A DNA stretch of 64,000 nucleotides from positions 992,001 to 1,056,000 of the forward strand of contig CM007991.1 of NCBI GenBank assembly GCA_002189035.1, in the 5' to 3' direction. This document shows, one piece after another, positions 47,883-59,903 of this stretch (within the stretch, counting starts at the first letter, position 1; every line of letters starts with the position of its first letter). The position numbers were made by a program, and so were the translations under genes. The notes under the pieces were generated by a model. That model saw only the letters and a list, made by a program, of their open reading frames with translations. It was not told the origin of the DNA and did not search any database. The stretch is from Utricularia gibba. Lineage: Eukaryota; Plantae; Magnoliophyta.

Positions 47883-47976
47883 AAACCCTAGATCGAATAT
47901 ATATTACCACCAATCGTCAATAACTGGGCCTTGAGCTGTAATCTACCCAATGGGCTTATTCACCTGCTGATGGGCT
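47883..47976 (-). promoter_or_regulatory. Telo-box plus three site II elements (ribosomal-protein promoter)
   Basis: AAACCCTA at 47883-47890; TGGGCC/T at 47925, 47951 and 47971, immediately upstream of RPL24. Confidence 0.7.
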
Positions 47977-48282
47977 GAACTTGATATCAAATTACCTAAA
48001 AAAACAGACTCTATTTGAATATATTTCTTGAAAATTATTTTTCAAAAATTAAATTAAAATAAAATATTTTTAAATTTAATTTCTTTAAAAAAAATATTAT
48101 AAAAACACTAATTTAATTCCGCATATGTTTGAAATGAAATTCATAGTTACCATATGTTATAAGGGATTAATATCTTATATTGTTTTTGCAACACATTTGA
48201 CTACTTGATGATTGTGTGATGAAAAATTCATAAAATATGCTATCCTTCTTATGATGCATTATTTTGAAATATATGCTTCATA

Positions 48283-48466
48283 TTTTATTAGAAAATGATG
48301 CATTATCCTATAACATAAGGTTTTTAAATATATATCCTTAAAACATTATTTGTTAGCATTCTATTCGCAAATGCGAATCGATTTTTATTAGAAAACGATG
48401 TGCTATCTTATAAGATAACTTCTTTGATACTTGTCCTTCAACATTATTTGTTGGCATCATATTTGC
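48283..48466. repeat. Degenerate 2 x 100-bp tandem duplication
   Basis: TTTTATTAGAAAAyGATG...AACATTATTTGTTrGCAT occurs at 48283 and again at 48383. Confidence 0.65.
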
Positions 48467-49205
48467 AGTGATTCTCATTTGCATGGTGAGGGTCTCCATT
48501 TTAAAGGTTAAAAAAGTAATTTGATGCATGTGTAGCAATTGATAAGGACATCTGGGCAGCCCGATTTAATCGGGTCATCCGCCGACCCGATTGCGGAAGT
48601 ATTTGGTTGGGATCAGTTTAGGAAACGATAACGACAAGTTTTTTCACGGTCTCTATCGGTCTCCCGCTCCTCGTTTTGTCGTTGCATTGGAATTCGATTT
48701 CTGAGGCAGCGGATCTTGAGTTTGAATTATCTCAAACAATTCATCCAGGTGAAGCAGCGGCGGCGGTTGAATTCCCCTTGCCGCCGCTTTCCCCGGCGAG
48801 ATCGTTGACCCTTCATACCTGGATTTCCGGCCGACAAAATGAGGTCTATTTGTTGCCGAGGCATGGGTGGATAGTATTCGCCTCTGAGATTCGCGCATCG
48901 GTAATGCTTTTTTGAATGTGAGATGATGCATGAGGAATTTTTGTGTTACGTGGAATGTGAATTCTGTTGCGTGTATTTCCAACTTATCTCTGTTTTCGGT
49001 GACATGATGTTGTAGGGAGATCGAGGAATGGAGAAGGGAATCGTTGAGTTTATGCTGGGATGATATATTTGATGAATTGAAACGGGACTGTGAGATATGC
49101 AATCAACTTCTAGGTGCTTCATGTATTCTACATTTTTGTGCTTAGTGGATTGAGTATCGCCCCCATTCAAGTTGGGCTTGTGACTGTCTTTACGGCTCTG
49201 CTATT

Positions 49206-50885
49206 ATGGACTCCATTTCGGACAGGTCTGTGAAATGTGAACACGATGATTTTGAGGGAGATGGTCCATTAGTCATCGAGGAGTGCACCGTACCTCGTGT
49301 GGTGGTAGAAGATGAATGCGCTGCTCTACATGAAATGGTCACTAAACAGCAGCTGACTATTCAGAACCTCATGTCTGAGTTGGAGGAAGAGAGAAATGCT
49401 GCTGCTTCGGCAGCCAATGAAGCAATGTCGATGATTCTGAGGCTTCAGAGAGATAAGGCGGAGGTGCAGATGGAAGCAAGGCAGTTTAAACAGTTGGCAG
49501 AGGAGAAAATGTCACATAATCAGCACGAGACATCAGTTTTAGAAGAGATGCTGTATAAGAGGGACCAGAAGATACTGTCTCTCTCATGCGAGGTACAGTC
49601 GTATCGTCAAAGAATGTTCACTTATGGTGCTTGTGACGCTGGTGGGGGTGCTGGTATGAACCGGAGTGCTAGTTTGAATGATTTTTCTCAAGGGCTAATT
49701 GATTATCCTGCGTATGAGATTTATCCTTCACTCAGGTGTTTCTCAGATGGATCTCCTTCAAATTTGAATGGTGATCATTTACACAGTGACATGGAGAAAT
49801 TTGCATTTTCTGAAAATGCACATTCTCTGGAACAATTGAAAGACTTGGAGTCTCGAATACATGAACTGGAGAATAATCCAACTCCTGCTTACCCTGCTGA
49901 AGAACTACCGAATCCAAAAAGTACACTTGGAAATGTAGTAGTTGGCCATTCTCCTGGAAAGCTTAAGCCTCTGAGGAAGCTTTCCCTGGACAGCATGAGT
50001 TCACCTTATGCCGTGAATAAAGAAGTTTGTTCTGATTTCTTCCTGAATTCAAGTGTCAAGAAGATGGAATTTTCGGATATAGAGGAGAGCTTTGATTTAG
50101 ACAAGATGGATGATACATCAGAACTCGAAGATGACATGGCTGATAGAATCTACACCGTGGATTCTGTTTTCCACGGACCTTCTGTTGCCTCTCCTAGAGC
50201 ATCGTTCATTTTTCCTGATCCTAGAGACCTGGAAATTCAGAAACTGTATGCAAGGGTTCATGCTCTCGAAGCTGATAGAGAATCCATGAGGCAAGAAATC
50301 ATCTCTGTTAGCTCCAATAAAGCTCAAATGGTATTGTTGAAAGAGATAGCTCAGAATTTATGCAAAGAAATGTCCCCATCAAAAAGAATAGCTGAGAGGA
50401 GGCAGCCTCGAAGCATGACTTTTTCCTTGAAATCAATTTTCAAGGTAACGATATTTTTAAAAATACAGTCCTACTATTAAAGAGAAACCATCCTTCATTG
50501 ATATTGATCTTCCTTTACGCTTGAGCTGACTTCTGTTATCTCATTACTTGCTGGCTGCCACAACGTACGTTCCCTGAAAATTTTTTTCCCCAATTTACAG
50601 TGGTTGGTCTCTAGCATTTGTTTCTGGAGGAAAAAGACACACAGATGCAGGTGCGATACCAGATGACCATAACACAGACACAAGTAGCTAATTTTGTTAT
50701 CTTCTCTTGTTTGTTTGAGGATGACAAATGTGCTTCGTTGTATTAGGTACATGTTTGAGGAATCGGCATACAATCTGTTGGGGTTGCTGATTCTCCTCGA
50801 GAAGAGTCATGGTCGAAGTTCTCATGAGTGGAAGTTCATCTTGAAAACACACCTGTTGAACAGGCCTCTACGAATAACTGTTTGA
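49206..50885 (+). CDS. MYOB7: Myosin-binding protein (DUF593/GTD-binding), MyoB7-like
   Basis: ELEEERNAAASAANEAMSMILRLQRDKAEVQMEARQFK; DRIYTVDSV; EIQKLYARVHALEADRESMRQ. Three exons ending ...RPLRITV*. Confidence 0.9.
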
Positions 50886-51366
50886 TGTCACCAGCAGTTT
50901 TTAGACCACATCCCTCGGTGGATTTAGCCATGGGACCTGATCGAGTGGAGATCCATATAGAACTGTGAATCACTGTGTGATCTCGATGGCATCAGCGTAG
51001 CATTAGCACTTTATCTTTTGCAATTCCACTTCTAGCCTCTTTTTCAATTGTAACAAACGAGCATGCAGTGTTAGTTGTATGAATCATTTTTCGCATGCTC
51101 GTGAACTTGGTCCAATTGTTCTTTGTATAAATCATGATACCTTCATCTCTCCGCTTTTTCTGTTTGCTAATAAGATGATATGAATGGATTACAGTTACCG
51201 CCTACTGTGCTCCACCCAATGCAAAAAGTTGTTCGGGGGATGAGCAATACAGACATGAGCTGCACAATTCATAACTGAGATTCAAAGCAAATCCAGCACA
51301 ATGGTGATCTTTATGCAGAGATTTGCAAGGGAACTCGGCTCCCTTCTCTCCATCTAATGGAGCTAA

Positions 51367-54300
51367 TCAATCAATAGGTGAAAGCGTAGCAGTGTAGGAA
51401 CCATCACTGTAGTTTAACCCCTTCAAATAAGCACGTCGCTTTTGAAGGGATAGGCTTGTGTTCGGAATTCCGAAGTGCAGGGTGTCTTCACCTTCATTTT
51501 TGCAAGCACTTGAGTCTGTGTTGTCAATGGCGATGTTCAAGCCGATTGACATGGGTTCCGTCACAAAGCTGCAAAAGGGATATTTTTAAGGGCAGCCACT
51601 TAAAAAAGCTTTGAATTTACTTTCGTGCTCAAACACAATAATCTAAACGGCAGAAGACATGAGACCGGCATTTAACAGTAAAATGGGAATACCTGGCCTG
51701 AAAGTCAGCTCCATTGGCGCGCATCGTATCACAAATTCCACAAATCACCCAGGGTGGAAGAAGGGCATCCTTGACTTCAACACTATAGCAGATGCCAGCA
51801 GCAGATGTAGTCCCAGTTTCAAAAACTGAAGTATGGTCCTTTTGCTGGGATGGCATGCAACCAACCTTTCTCACCTGCTTGCATTTAACCTGCACAGGTG
51901 CAAGTGGTTGAAAGTAGTAGAATTTGGAAGCATGAATGGCGATATGGTCAAATCTTTCCGATTAAATAAAGCTCCTTTGCAAATGCACGTGTCGCCATGT
52001 TTTCTTCATAAACAATAAATATCTATAATTTAGAATGCCCGAGTATGAAGGCTAATATTTCAAGAAACATCATGATTTTTGTCCATAGCTTTCATATATG
52101 CAACACCAGAATTAAATGTTGATGAACTGACCTCGGGAGCAGAAAGTGCAGCATTCTCAAAAGGGACCGGTGAGTGTAGAACGGGTACATCACCACCAAT
52201 CAACGCGGTCAAAAAGAATCTGAAAGCAAAGCAAATGAAAACTTAGATTCGAATGGATTACACATTCGCAGAGAAGCAAAGTTCTGGAACCAACCTATAA
52301 TTTAATATGAAGTCATACAACGCATGTACATTTTTTTGTCCAGTAAACATCAACAAGGATTGCGGGGTGCTATCAACACCAGGGATGGACTCTGAAACTC
52401 GAGCCTGGCCAAGATTATGTCTTTCAATCTCAGAAAGTTCAACAAGGTCTTCTGCAGTTCCTTCTTCCATTTTAGAGCAGCAAAGGGGCATTGAGAAAAG
52501 AACATCCTGAATCAAAATCAAACAGAAAATGTGGCTAGCTAAATTACCTGAGTTTTAACGTGTACACTTTGGGTAGAAAGCAAAACTTACATGCTGTTTC
52601 AAAAGTGATCTTAAATTTCTTGTAGATTGAGATATATAGGCACAGCACGAAGACTTCTTTTGGGTTGGGTAATCAGATAAAGTAAACATTACTACAAACT
52701 GCGAGCTGCTTACTGCATACAAAAGGTGTGAAAAACTTAAAATTAATAGTCCAAATAACGAGCTACAATAAATTGCAAGATGAAACATGGAAGCAGATGA
52801 CGAGGTAGTTGGAATAATATTTCCTAGAATCAAAATAATTCAAATCTGCAGAGCATGAGAAGCGTTCAATTTCATATTCGTGGCAATAGGCAATACCATA
52901 GAAGACGCTACAAATTCTCTTCCGCCAAATGTAGTAAAGACTTCGAAATGAATCTTCCCATGCATGGTACCGTTTATCAAGAAAGTCTATTTTTCAATGA
53001 TAGAAGATGTAAGAATTTCTGAGAAGCACGCTTTGTAGCAACATAAGAATGGAACAGTGATAAGGAGGATAATCATTAAAAATAAACCTCCTGGTGCAGA
53101 TGCCAATGCAGTTATAGCTTCATGAGGAAGACGAACTTGAGGGTGCACCCATGAATGTAAAGACCCAGGGAATAATTTATTTTTGGGGTTAGGTTGACAA
53201 TCTCCATATGGAAACAGGCTTATGCAGTTAACTGTAGCAGAATTTATTGACCGGTGAAACCTGTCAACAAAAGGGGAGAATATTCAAATATGTGAAATGA
53301 AATATTAAGATTGCCCGAACAGTTGGCGCTAAGAAAAGGAAGAAAGGTTTTACTAAGAATGAACCATAGTTACCAGCTCACAGAAGATGAGGACAGCAAA
53401 TGCACTTTAGTTTTAAGGGCGAAGTCAAGAGGAATTCCTTTGGTAGACACAGACAATTCTGTGGAAAAAGGTCGTAAATTACTTCTTGATTTCTCAGACG
53501 TCTCTTTAAATGTTGCTGGAGCAAAGTGAGGTTCACGTGAAACCAAGCCCTTCAAAGCTGTACCCTATAGGCATTGAAGTATGATCAGAACTCACTCTTC
53601 TATTGGCAAGTTCAATCAAAGAGAGTTACCATATCCACAAACAATGAGCAATCTGATTTTTCATCACGGAGTGATAACTCCCGCACAGTTTTGAATGTAC
53701 CATTATTGAAATTCTGTGTGGAGCTTTTAATCGTAACTGAAGCATTTCCAATCTCAGAATTGGCGGTCTCCTCTCGACTTCAAGAACGTACACACAAAAT
53801 TTTGAGTCAGTCCAAAACATAAAATACACAGAACTTAAAAAGTGCAAGGGAGATGGGGTATACCACAAATTTGGTTCTTGATTTTCGGACATAATACCCA
53901 ATGGGGCACTGGGATGCAACTCGTAGCACCCAAAATCTTTAGAAACTGTTTCCTGCAAAAGTTGACAAAAATAAGGGCCAGAGTATCAACTAAACCGATC
54001 TAAAAGCTTTCTAACCTTTGAGGAATCTGTCTTTCTGGAAAGCAGTCTACTGATTTTAGTGATTGGATAATGTTCATCCATCCTTGTAAATCGTGGTCCT
54101 TTTGATAAATCACATGTCTTGCTCCTATAAGGGACTTAATAATGAGCGAATAGGAATACAATACCGACGATTATGGCATACTGATACCTCATGTCGCTAG
54201 CGAAAGTTGGTGATTCGTCCATGGTTTCCATTGAAAGCCTTTTCCTCAACAATTCTCCCTGTAACATTAAAAAATAAACAACACATTCCATAAATAAAGA

Positions 54301-54641
54301 CAATCATTCTATAATAAAGACGTAAAAAGGCAGCATTCCAAACAGCAGCACATTTATTTGTTTGGGATTAGGTATCAAACTGACAGTTATTCCTCGACTT
54401 CGAACTAGCTCACTTTCCACAGCGTAATACCAACACAACACTGTTATAGAATTTTCATTAAGTGAATAAAGAAAAAAAAAACATTCATATACGGGGACAG
54501 TAAAGGTACCCTCAATTCAGATGGAGTTTTCCGCTTCAAGTTCTTCCCGGTAACCATCGAACTCCTGTTTCCAGAAGCCACTGAGCCAAAATTCAGAGCA
54601 TTACCCACAGGCAATTCACCGGCAGTGGCAACCTTTGTCAT
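51367..54641 (-). CDS. DONSON: Protein downstream neighbor of Son (DONSON) homolog
   Basis: MTKVAT...LKRKTPSELR|GELLRKR, STPQSLLMFTGQKNVHALYDFILNYR, LLPPWVICGIC, TEPMSIGLNIA and LKGLNYSDGSYTATLSPID*. Internal exons were only partly traced; an in-frame ATG also lies at 54659. Confidence 0.8.
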
Positions 54642-54897
54642 TTTAAGGCCTGCGAACATCCCAACAATCTAAAGCAGCAGCGTAAAGAAATCAAACAAAA
54701 ACAACAACAACAGCATCTGTAATAACCTGAAAATCGATGAAACTTCCCAAAATAATCTATAGTTTAGCAGCCATGTTTTTGGCTGCCTCGAATTCAACGG
54801 CCCGGTACCGATGCGCGGAAGATGAAAGTACCTTCGCGGACTGCGGAATGAATGTTTCAAAAATATTTGGGTTTTCCCTCGCTCGGGTCTTCGGCAT

Positions 54898-54981
54898 ATT
54901 CGCCGTCTAGCGCCGTTAGTCGATTCACGGACGTTACTAATGCATTTGGGTTGGGCTTCGTCAACCATTTATGGGCCAGCC
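54898..54981. promoter_or_regulatory. E2F-consensus site plus site II motifs in the DONSON/MRS2 bidirectional promoter
   Basis: ATTCGCCG (WTTSSCSS) at 54898-54905; TGGGCT, TGGGCC and AGCCCA nearby. An E2F site is plausible for a replication gene. Confidence 0.35.
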
Positions 54982-56323
54982 CATAACATTTCACTTTTAA
55001 GTCCACTAACTTAATGAAATGTGCAATTTGAAGCCAAGGAAAATTGCAAAAAGGCCCCTCCTCTTACCCATTTTTTCCAATTTCTCCCCGTTCGTCGGCA
55101 TATGTTGCACCAAGTCTAACCAACTCGGCGTCACCGCCGCTGCATGATGCCGGAAACTCCGACGCTGATTTTGTCGCCATTTCCGCCTGCAAGACTTCAT
55201 CGTTTCGAATTTTTTATAATTTGGGGCTATCGTTGCGCTGTGGGTGTTGCAACAAGTCCCAATGGTTTTCTCTTTTGTTAAGGGTAAGGGATTTTATCGT
55301 GTTTTCTTGGTTCGTAACTAGAGCGCATGTTTTTCTTCCTTTTTGCTTTATGACAACGACATAGTTCCAAAAGGCTTTTTTGTGTGCCTAGTGAGATTGA
55401 AATCACTGGATGTTTGTGCACTTATTTTGTGTGGTTTGAGTTGCAAAAGTACAAAACAAATGTCCTAGTGTTGTATGCGCTATGCAAACAAACATTCTGC
55501 ATGATGGTTTCATTAATTTCTCCGTTTTTAATTATTCATTTTGTATAGGAATGAAACCTGAAGATTCATTACCTTCTGCATCCGGTGTCATGGGAACTGC
55601 TTCTGCCGCTGTGTGGCAGGTAACATTCCACCTTGTAAATTAGCTCTGTGAATGCAGATAATTTGACATTTTGACTGTAGGAACATCCTTCAATGGTAAA
55701 AAAAGAAAGAATGATGTCACTTTATCAAGTCAACTTTGCATGCATTTTAGTATGATGTCACACAGCATTCCTACTCTCCAAATATTTTACCAGGTCCTTT
55801 CACTTTACTTACCACAACATCTTTTTTCGCATCCCTTTGCTTTAACTACCGTTAAACTGAGCGTTCGAGGATGGTCTATGAATACAACTGACAATCCGAT
55901 ACCTAGGTCTATACTACGCAATTCAGATTAGGTCTCTCCATACAACTGACATTCCAATGAATTGAAGAATTCTATCAATAGAACACTATTCAAGATGATA
56001 TTTTTCATTTTGAATTAGCTTAGTCCATAGAGCTTCAAGTCGGATCCACCTGACCTGATCTTTAGAAGATCTTGACACAAGTGGTGATAGGATTGTCACT
56101 CTATGTACTGTTCATATTCTATGTCATTGCAGGATAAATCTGGGTTGTTTTGGGTAGAGGTCAAGTCATTATAGATCGTTGCTTGATGATGATAGCAAGC
56201 ACACCCGAGCACTGGAGTTTGCTAACAACTCCCAACCAGTGGGACATCCACTTCTCAGTTGTTTATTAGCCCATGCATTGCATTATTCATGAGCTTTTTC
56301 TTCTTTCATTTCATGAACTAAGA

Positions 56324-58403
56324 ATGAGTGTTACAGAAGATGAGAGTGGGCTGAGGAAAAGAGGGGCTGGTTTAGGCAACTGGATTCGGATCGACTCCTC
56401 TGGCCAAGAAGTTGTTATGGATGTTGATAAACACATGTTCATGAGCCAGCTGCGGATACACGCCCGGGATCTCCGCATAATCGACCCCCAGTTGTCTTAT
56501 CCCTCAGCCATCCTTGGGCGCAAGAGAGCAATCGTAGTCAACTTGGAGGTAAATCCTTTGAGCTCGTTGTTGCTAATTTGATTGGATTTTGGATCAAATC
56601 TGTGTTGAGGTATGCTCATGTCGTAACATAGAACTGTTAGAAAAAACAAAAGATTTTTATCCCACAAAAATCAAGACAATATAAATCATAATTTTGAATT
56701 TCGTTTCTTGGTGTTTTGAGTAAATTTGTTTTAAAAATTCCAATTTTACAGCCTTTTTTTGTTGTCTCCTCCACAGCATATCAAGGCGATAGTTACATCA
56801 AGAGAGGTTTGCTTGGGGATCTGAATCTCCACAGTACAAGTGACGCATGCCTTGCTTCTGCTAACCAGTTCAGCATTCATTATTTGTGTTCAGGTTTTTC
56901 TCCGCGACCCATCGGACGACGACCTTTTACATGTAGTGAATGGCCTAAGGAGCTGCGTGAACCAAGCTGAAGAGAAGAGTAAGTGTCCTTCACCAACTTG
57001 TAGATGAGATTTGAACCCCATCTTTAGGCTATGCATCTCTGCAGATTCCTCCCCATTCGAGTTTCGGGTGCTCGAGGTTGCACTTGAAGCCATCTACGCT
57101 TATCTTTCCACTAGTGCAGCGGAGTTGGAGGGAACCATTTACCCGGCTCTAGACATCCTCACTTCAAAGGCAAGTTTTCTCTCCACCATTTAAGCATAAT
57201 TTGTGAATGAGCCGTAAGTGAAACACTATGAGAGTAACTAATGAGTGTTTTCATCTTCATTTTCCATTTTTCAATTATCTAGCCTATTCAGCTGAATGCC
57301 ATGTGTTTCTTATGAAGCCGCATTCAATCTTACGTTGAAGGTCTCAATCCGGAACTTGGAACGCGTACGGAAGTTAAAGAGTCAAATGACGAGGTTAACT
57401 GCCCGTGTGCAAAATGTACCCAGTCATCTTTACTCTTTGCAGCTCATATCCTTTCTTACCAGTTAGTTATCTCATCCCGCGGTGAAAATCTGGTGTGTCC
57501 AGGTTAGGGACGAGCTGGAGCATCTGTTGGATCATGAAAACGATATGGCAGATCTTTTCCTCTCTAGAAAGCCATCTACCACATCCTTGCAGTCTGGTTC
57601 TGGCTCTGGTCTCAGTAGCCGGTTCGTTGAATCAGGTCGTGTGTATGAGAAGAATGTGGAGCTTGAGCAACTACTTGAGGTACTCAGCTTAGGAAACAAT
57701 TGAAAAAATAATTACAGGGGCACCGGAGGATCATTGATCTGTTTTGGCTGCAGGCCTACTTCATGCAGCTGGATGCCACACTGAACAGATTATCCATGGC
57801 ATGGAACTCGACTCATTTCTTTTTCCTAATGGTGGGTTCAAGATCATGACTTGATTCCATCTTCATATTCGCAGCTTCGTGAACATAGTGACAGCACAGA
57901 AGGCTTCATCAACATCCAGGTAAACATGAATCACCATGGATACTTCTGCTTTCACTCACAGGAGCACCATCCGGGCTCAAGATGCGAACCTAACTCATTG
58001 CTTCACGTTGCAGCTCGAAAATCATCGGAACCAGCTCATTCAGGTCTCCCTTTTTCATTATTCTCATACTACCTTAACCATTGCTTCATTTACATTTTCG
58101 GGCTCATCTCAGATCGAGCTCCTGCTCAACAATGCGACGCTGTGCCTTACCCTTTTCGCGACGATTCCGTCGCTCTTTGGCGCAAACATACCGTATTCAT
58201 GGAACACGGGCCACGGATACATGTTCAACTGGGCGAGTTCTTGACATTGAACTGTGGTTTACATCAGTTGTATGGCAAAGGAGAAGCTAACCTGTGCTAT
58301 GTGCCTTCTGCTGCAGGTACTTTTTGTCACCGGGGCCGCCTGCGTTTTCCTGTTCTTGGCCATAAATCGCTATGCTCGTAGCAAAGGCGTCTTCCCGTCA
58401 TGA
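56324..58403 (+). CDS. MRS2: MRS2/MGT CorA-family transporter (MRS2-2/7/I clade), 347 aa, with GMN->GAN
   Basis: Eleven exons join in frame (1044 nt): [36 protein letters not shown]|[79 protein letters not shown] and GHGYMFNW. Confidence 0.93.
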
Positions 58404-59903
58404 AAGTGTTTGATCCTGGAAATGCGATTTCCGTACGAAATAACTGCCGGAATGAGGATGTTTATAAAATAATAATACTAATATATTTCAATAATTTATA
58501 TTTAGATAAACATGAATCATTAAAATTTTAATTTTTATTACTACATATGGACATAAAAAATTATTTAGAATAATATGGTTTTGTTTTCTAGATTAGGTCT
58601 TTGATTATGTATGCTTATTTTAAATTTTGTTTGAGTTAAAATTGAGATTTGGAATTTTGAAAAGTTACCTATTTAAATTTAATTATAAATGAAATACTTG
58701 TGCTTGATGTTTCATCCAAAGGTTTTGGTACTCTCTTTGGCCCTTTCTCAAACAACTTTATTATTACAAAAAAATAAAAGATAATAATGAGAAAATTAAT
58801 TTATTATTATGTATTGAAAAAATGGATGATCTGAGGGTTAATCAGTAATTCCATATCAAGTATTACTGTAAAAACACACAAAGACAGCAGCAAAATAAGG
58901 GTTTGAGTAGATTTTTAAGTAAGGTAAAAAATTTTAAATTAAGTATGCCTATTTTTTTCACATATTTTATAAAATATGTCCAGATTTGTAGTACACTCGT
59001 TTGACTACAGGAGTAACCCCGAAGGAGAGAGTCAAAGTATGAATGCAAAAGATATTGTAGGCGGGATCTGGGAGGATCCAAGGCTATGGTTTAGTGGTGA
59101 TCTTTGAGGTTTTTTCACATTGTCTGGTGTGCAGGAAAAAAGAAAAACTTGATTTCTCTGCGCATGCGCCTATTTATGGGCGTTTTGTCATCCCAGCATT
59201 TACTTTTCTTCCCCACCGTTCTTTAATTTCGAGGTTTGCCGGAGAATGAATTAATTCCTGTTTCTGGATTCTAGGAAATCTCTACTGTTTTGTTTTCACA
59301 ACTTGTTCTTTTTTTGTTGGGGGGGTTTTGTTTTTTCTCAGGTCGCACGTTTCCACATTTTCTGCTCTGGGCCATTCTCTTCCTTCAATGGAGGTAATGT
59401 AGTCATGAAAAGATTTGATCTTATGGTATTTTGCGCTTTGATTGATTTCTGGGTGTGTTCTCAGCGAGTGGTAGGGACCGTTTTCCTTCGATTTTGTATT
59501 GCTTTCCTTTAATGTTTCGGACAATTGCCCATTCCTATCAGATTGTTGGATACCGTGTGCGTGATTTTGATGTTTCGATATTCGTTCCGCGAACTGGGGA
59601 AGCAGTCATGGCCTTTCATAGGTGGCTGGTTCCGGGGTTTCACCGATCAAGCATCGGTTGGAATCGGGCTTTGAAAAAACTGTTTGTTTTATTTCAATTT
59701 ACGGAATCATCATTATAATCTAGATTGTTATGTTAATGAGTTCTTGATTGGTATAGCATGTTCCATTCACGTCCTAATCTTTTGGAAGTGCAGATTGTGT
59801 TTTGTCTTGTTTTCTCCCGTTATATAATATTAAGGTTTCGTCTTTTGTTGTGATGTGAATTAACTTCATTTCTATCGTCTTCTCTTGTTTGAAGGTTGGG
59901 GGA

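Noticed and set aside
59001-59035. Hairpin with CCTTCGGGG (minus strand) resembling the U6 snRNA 5' stem
   Set aside because: No ACAGAGA box, no other U6 sequence and no USE/TATA.
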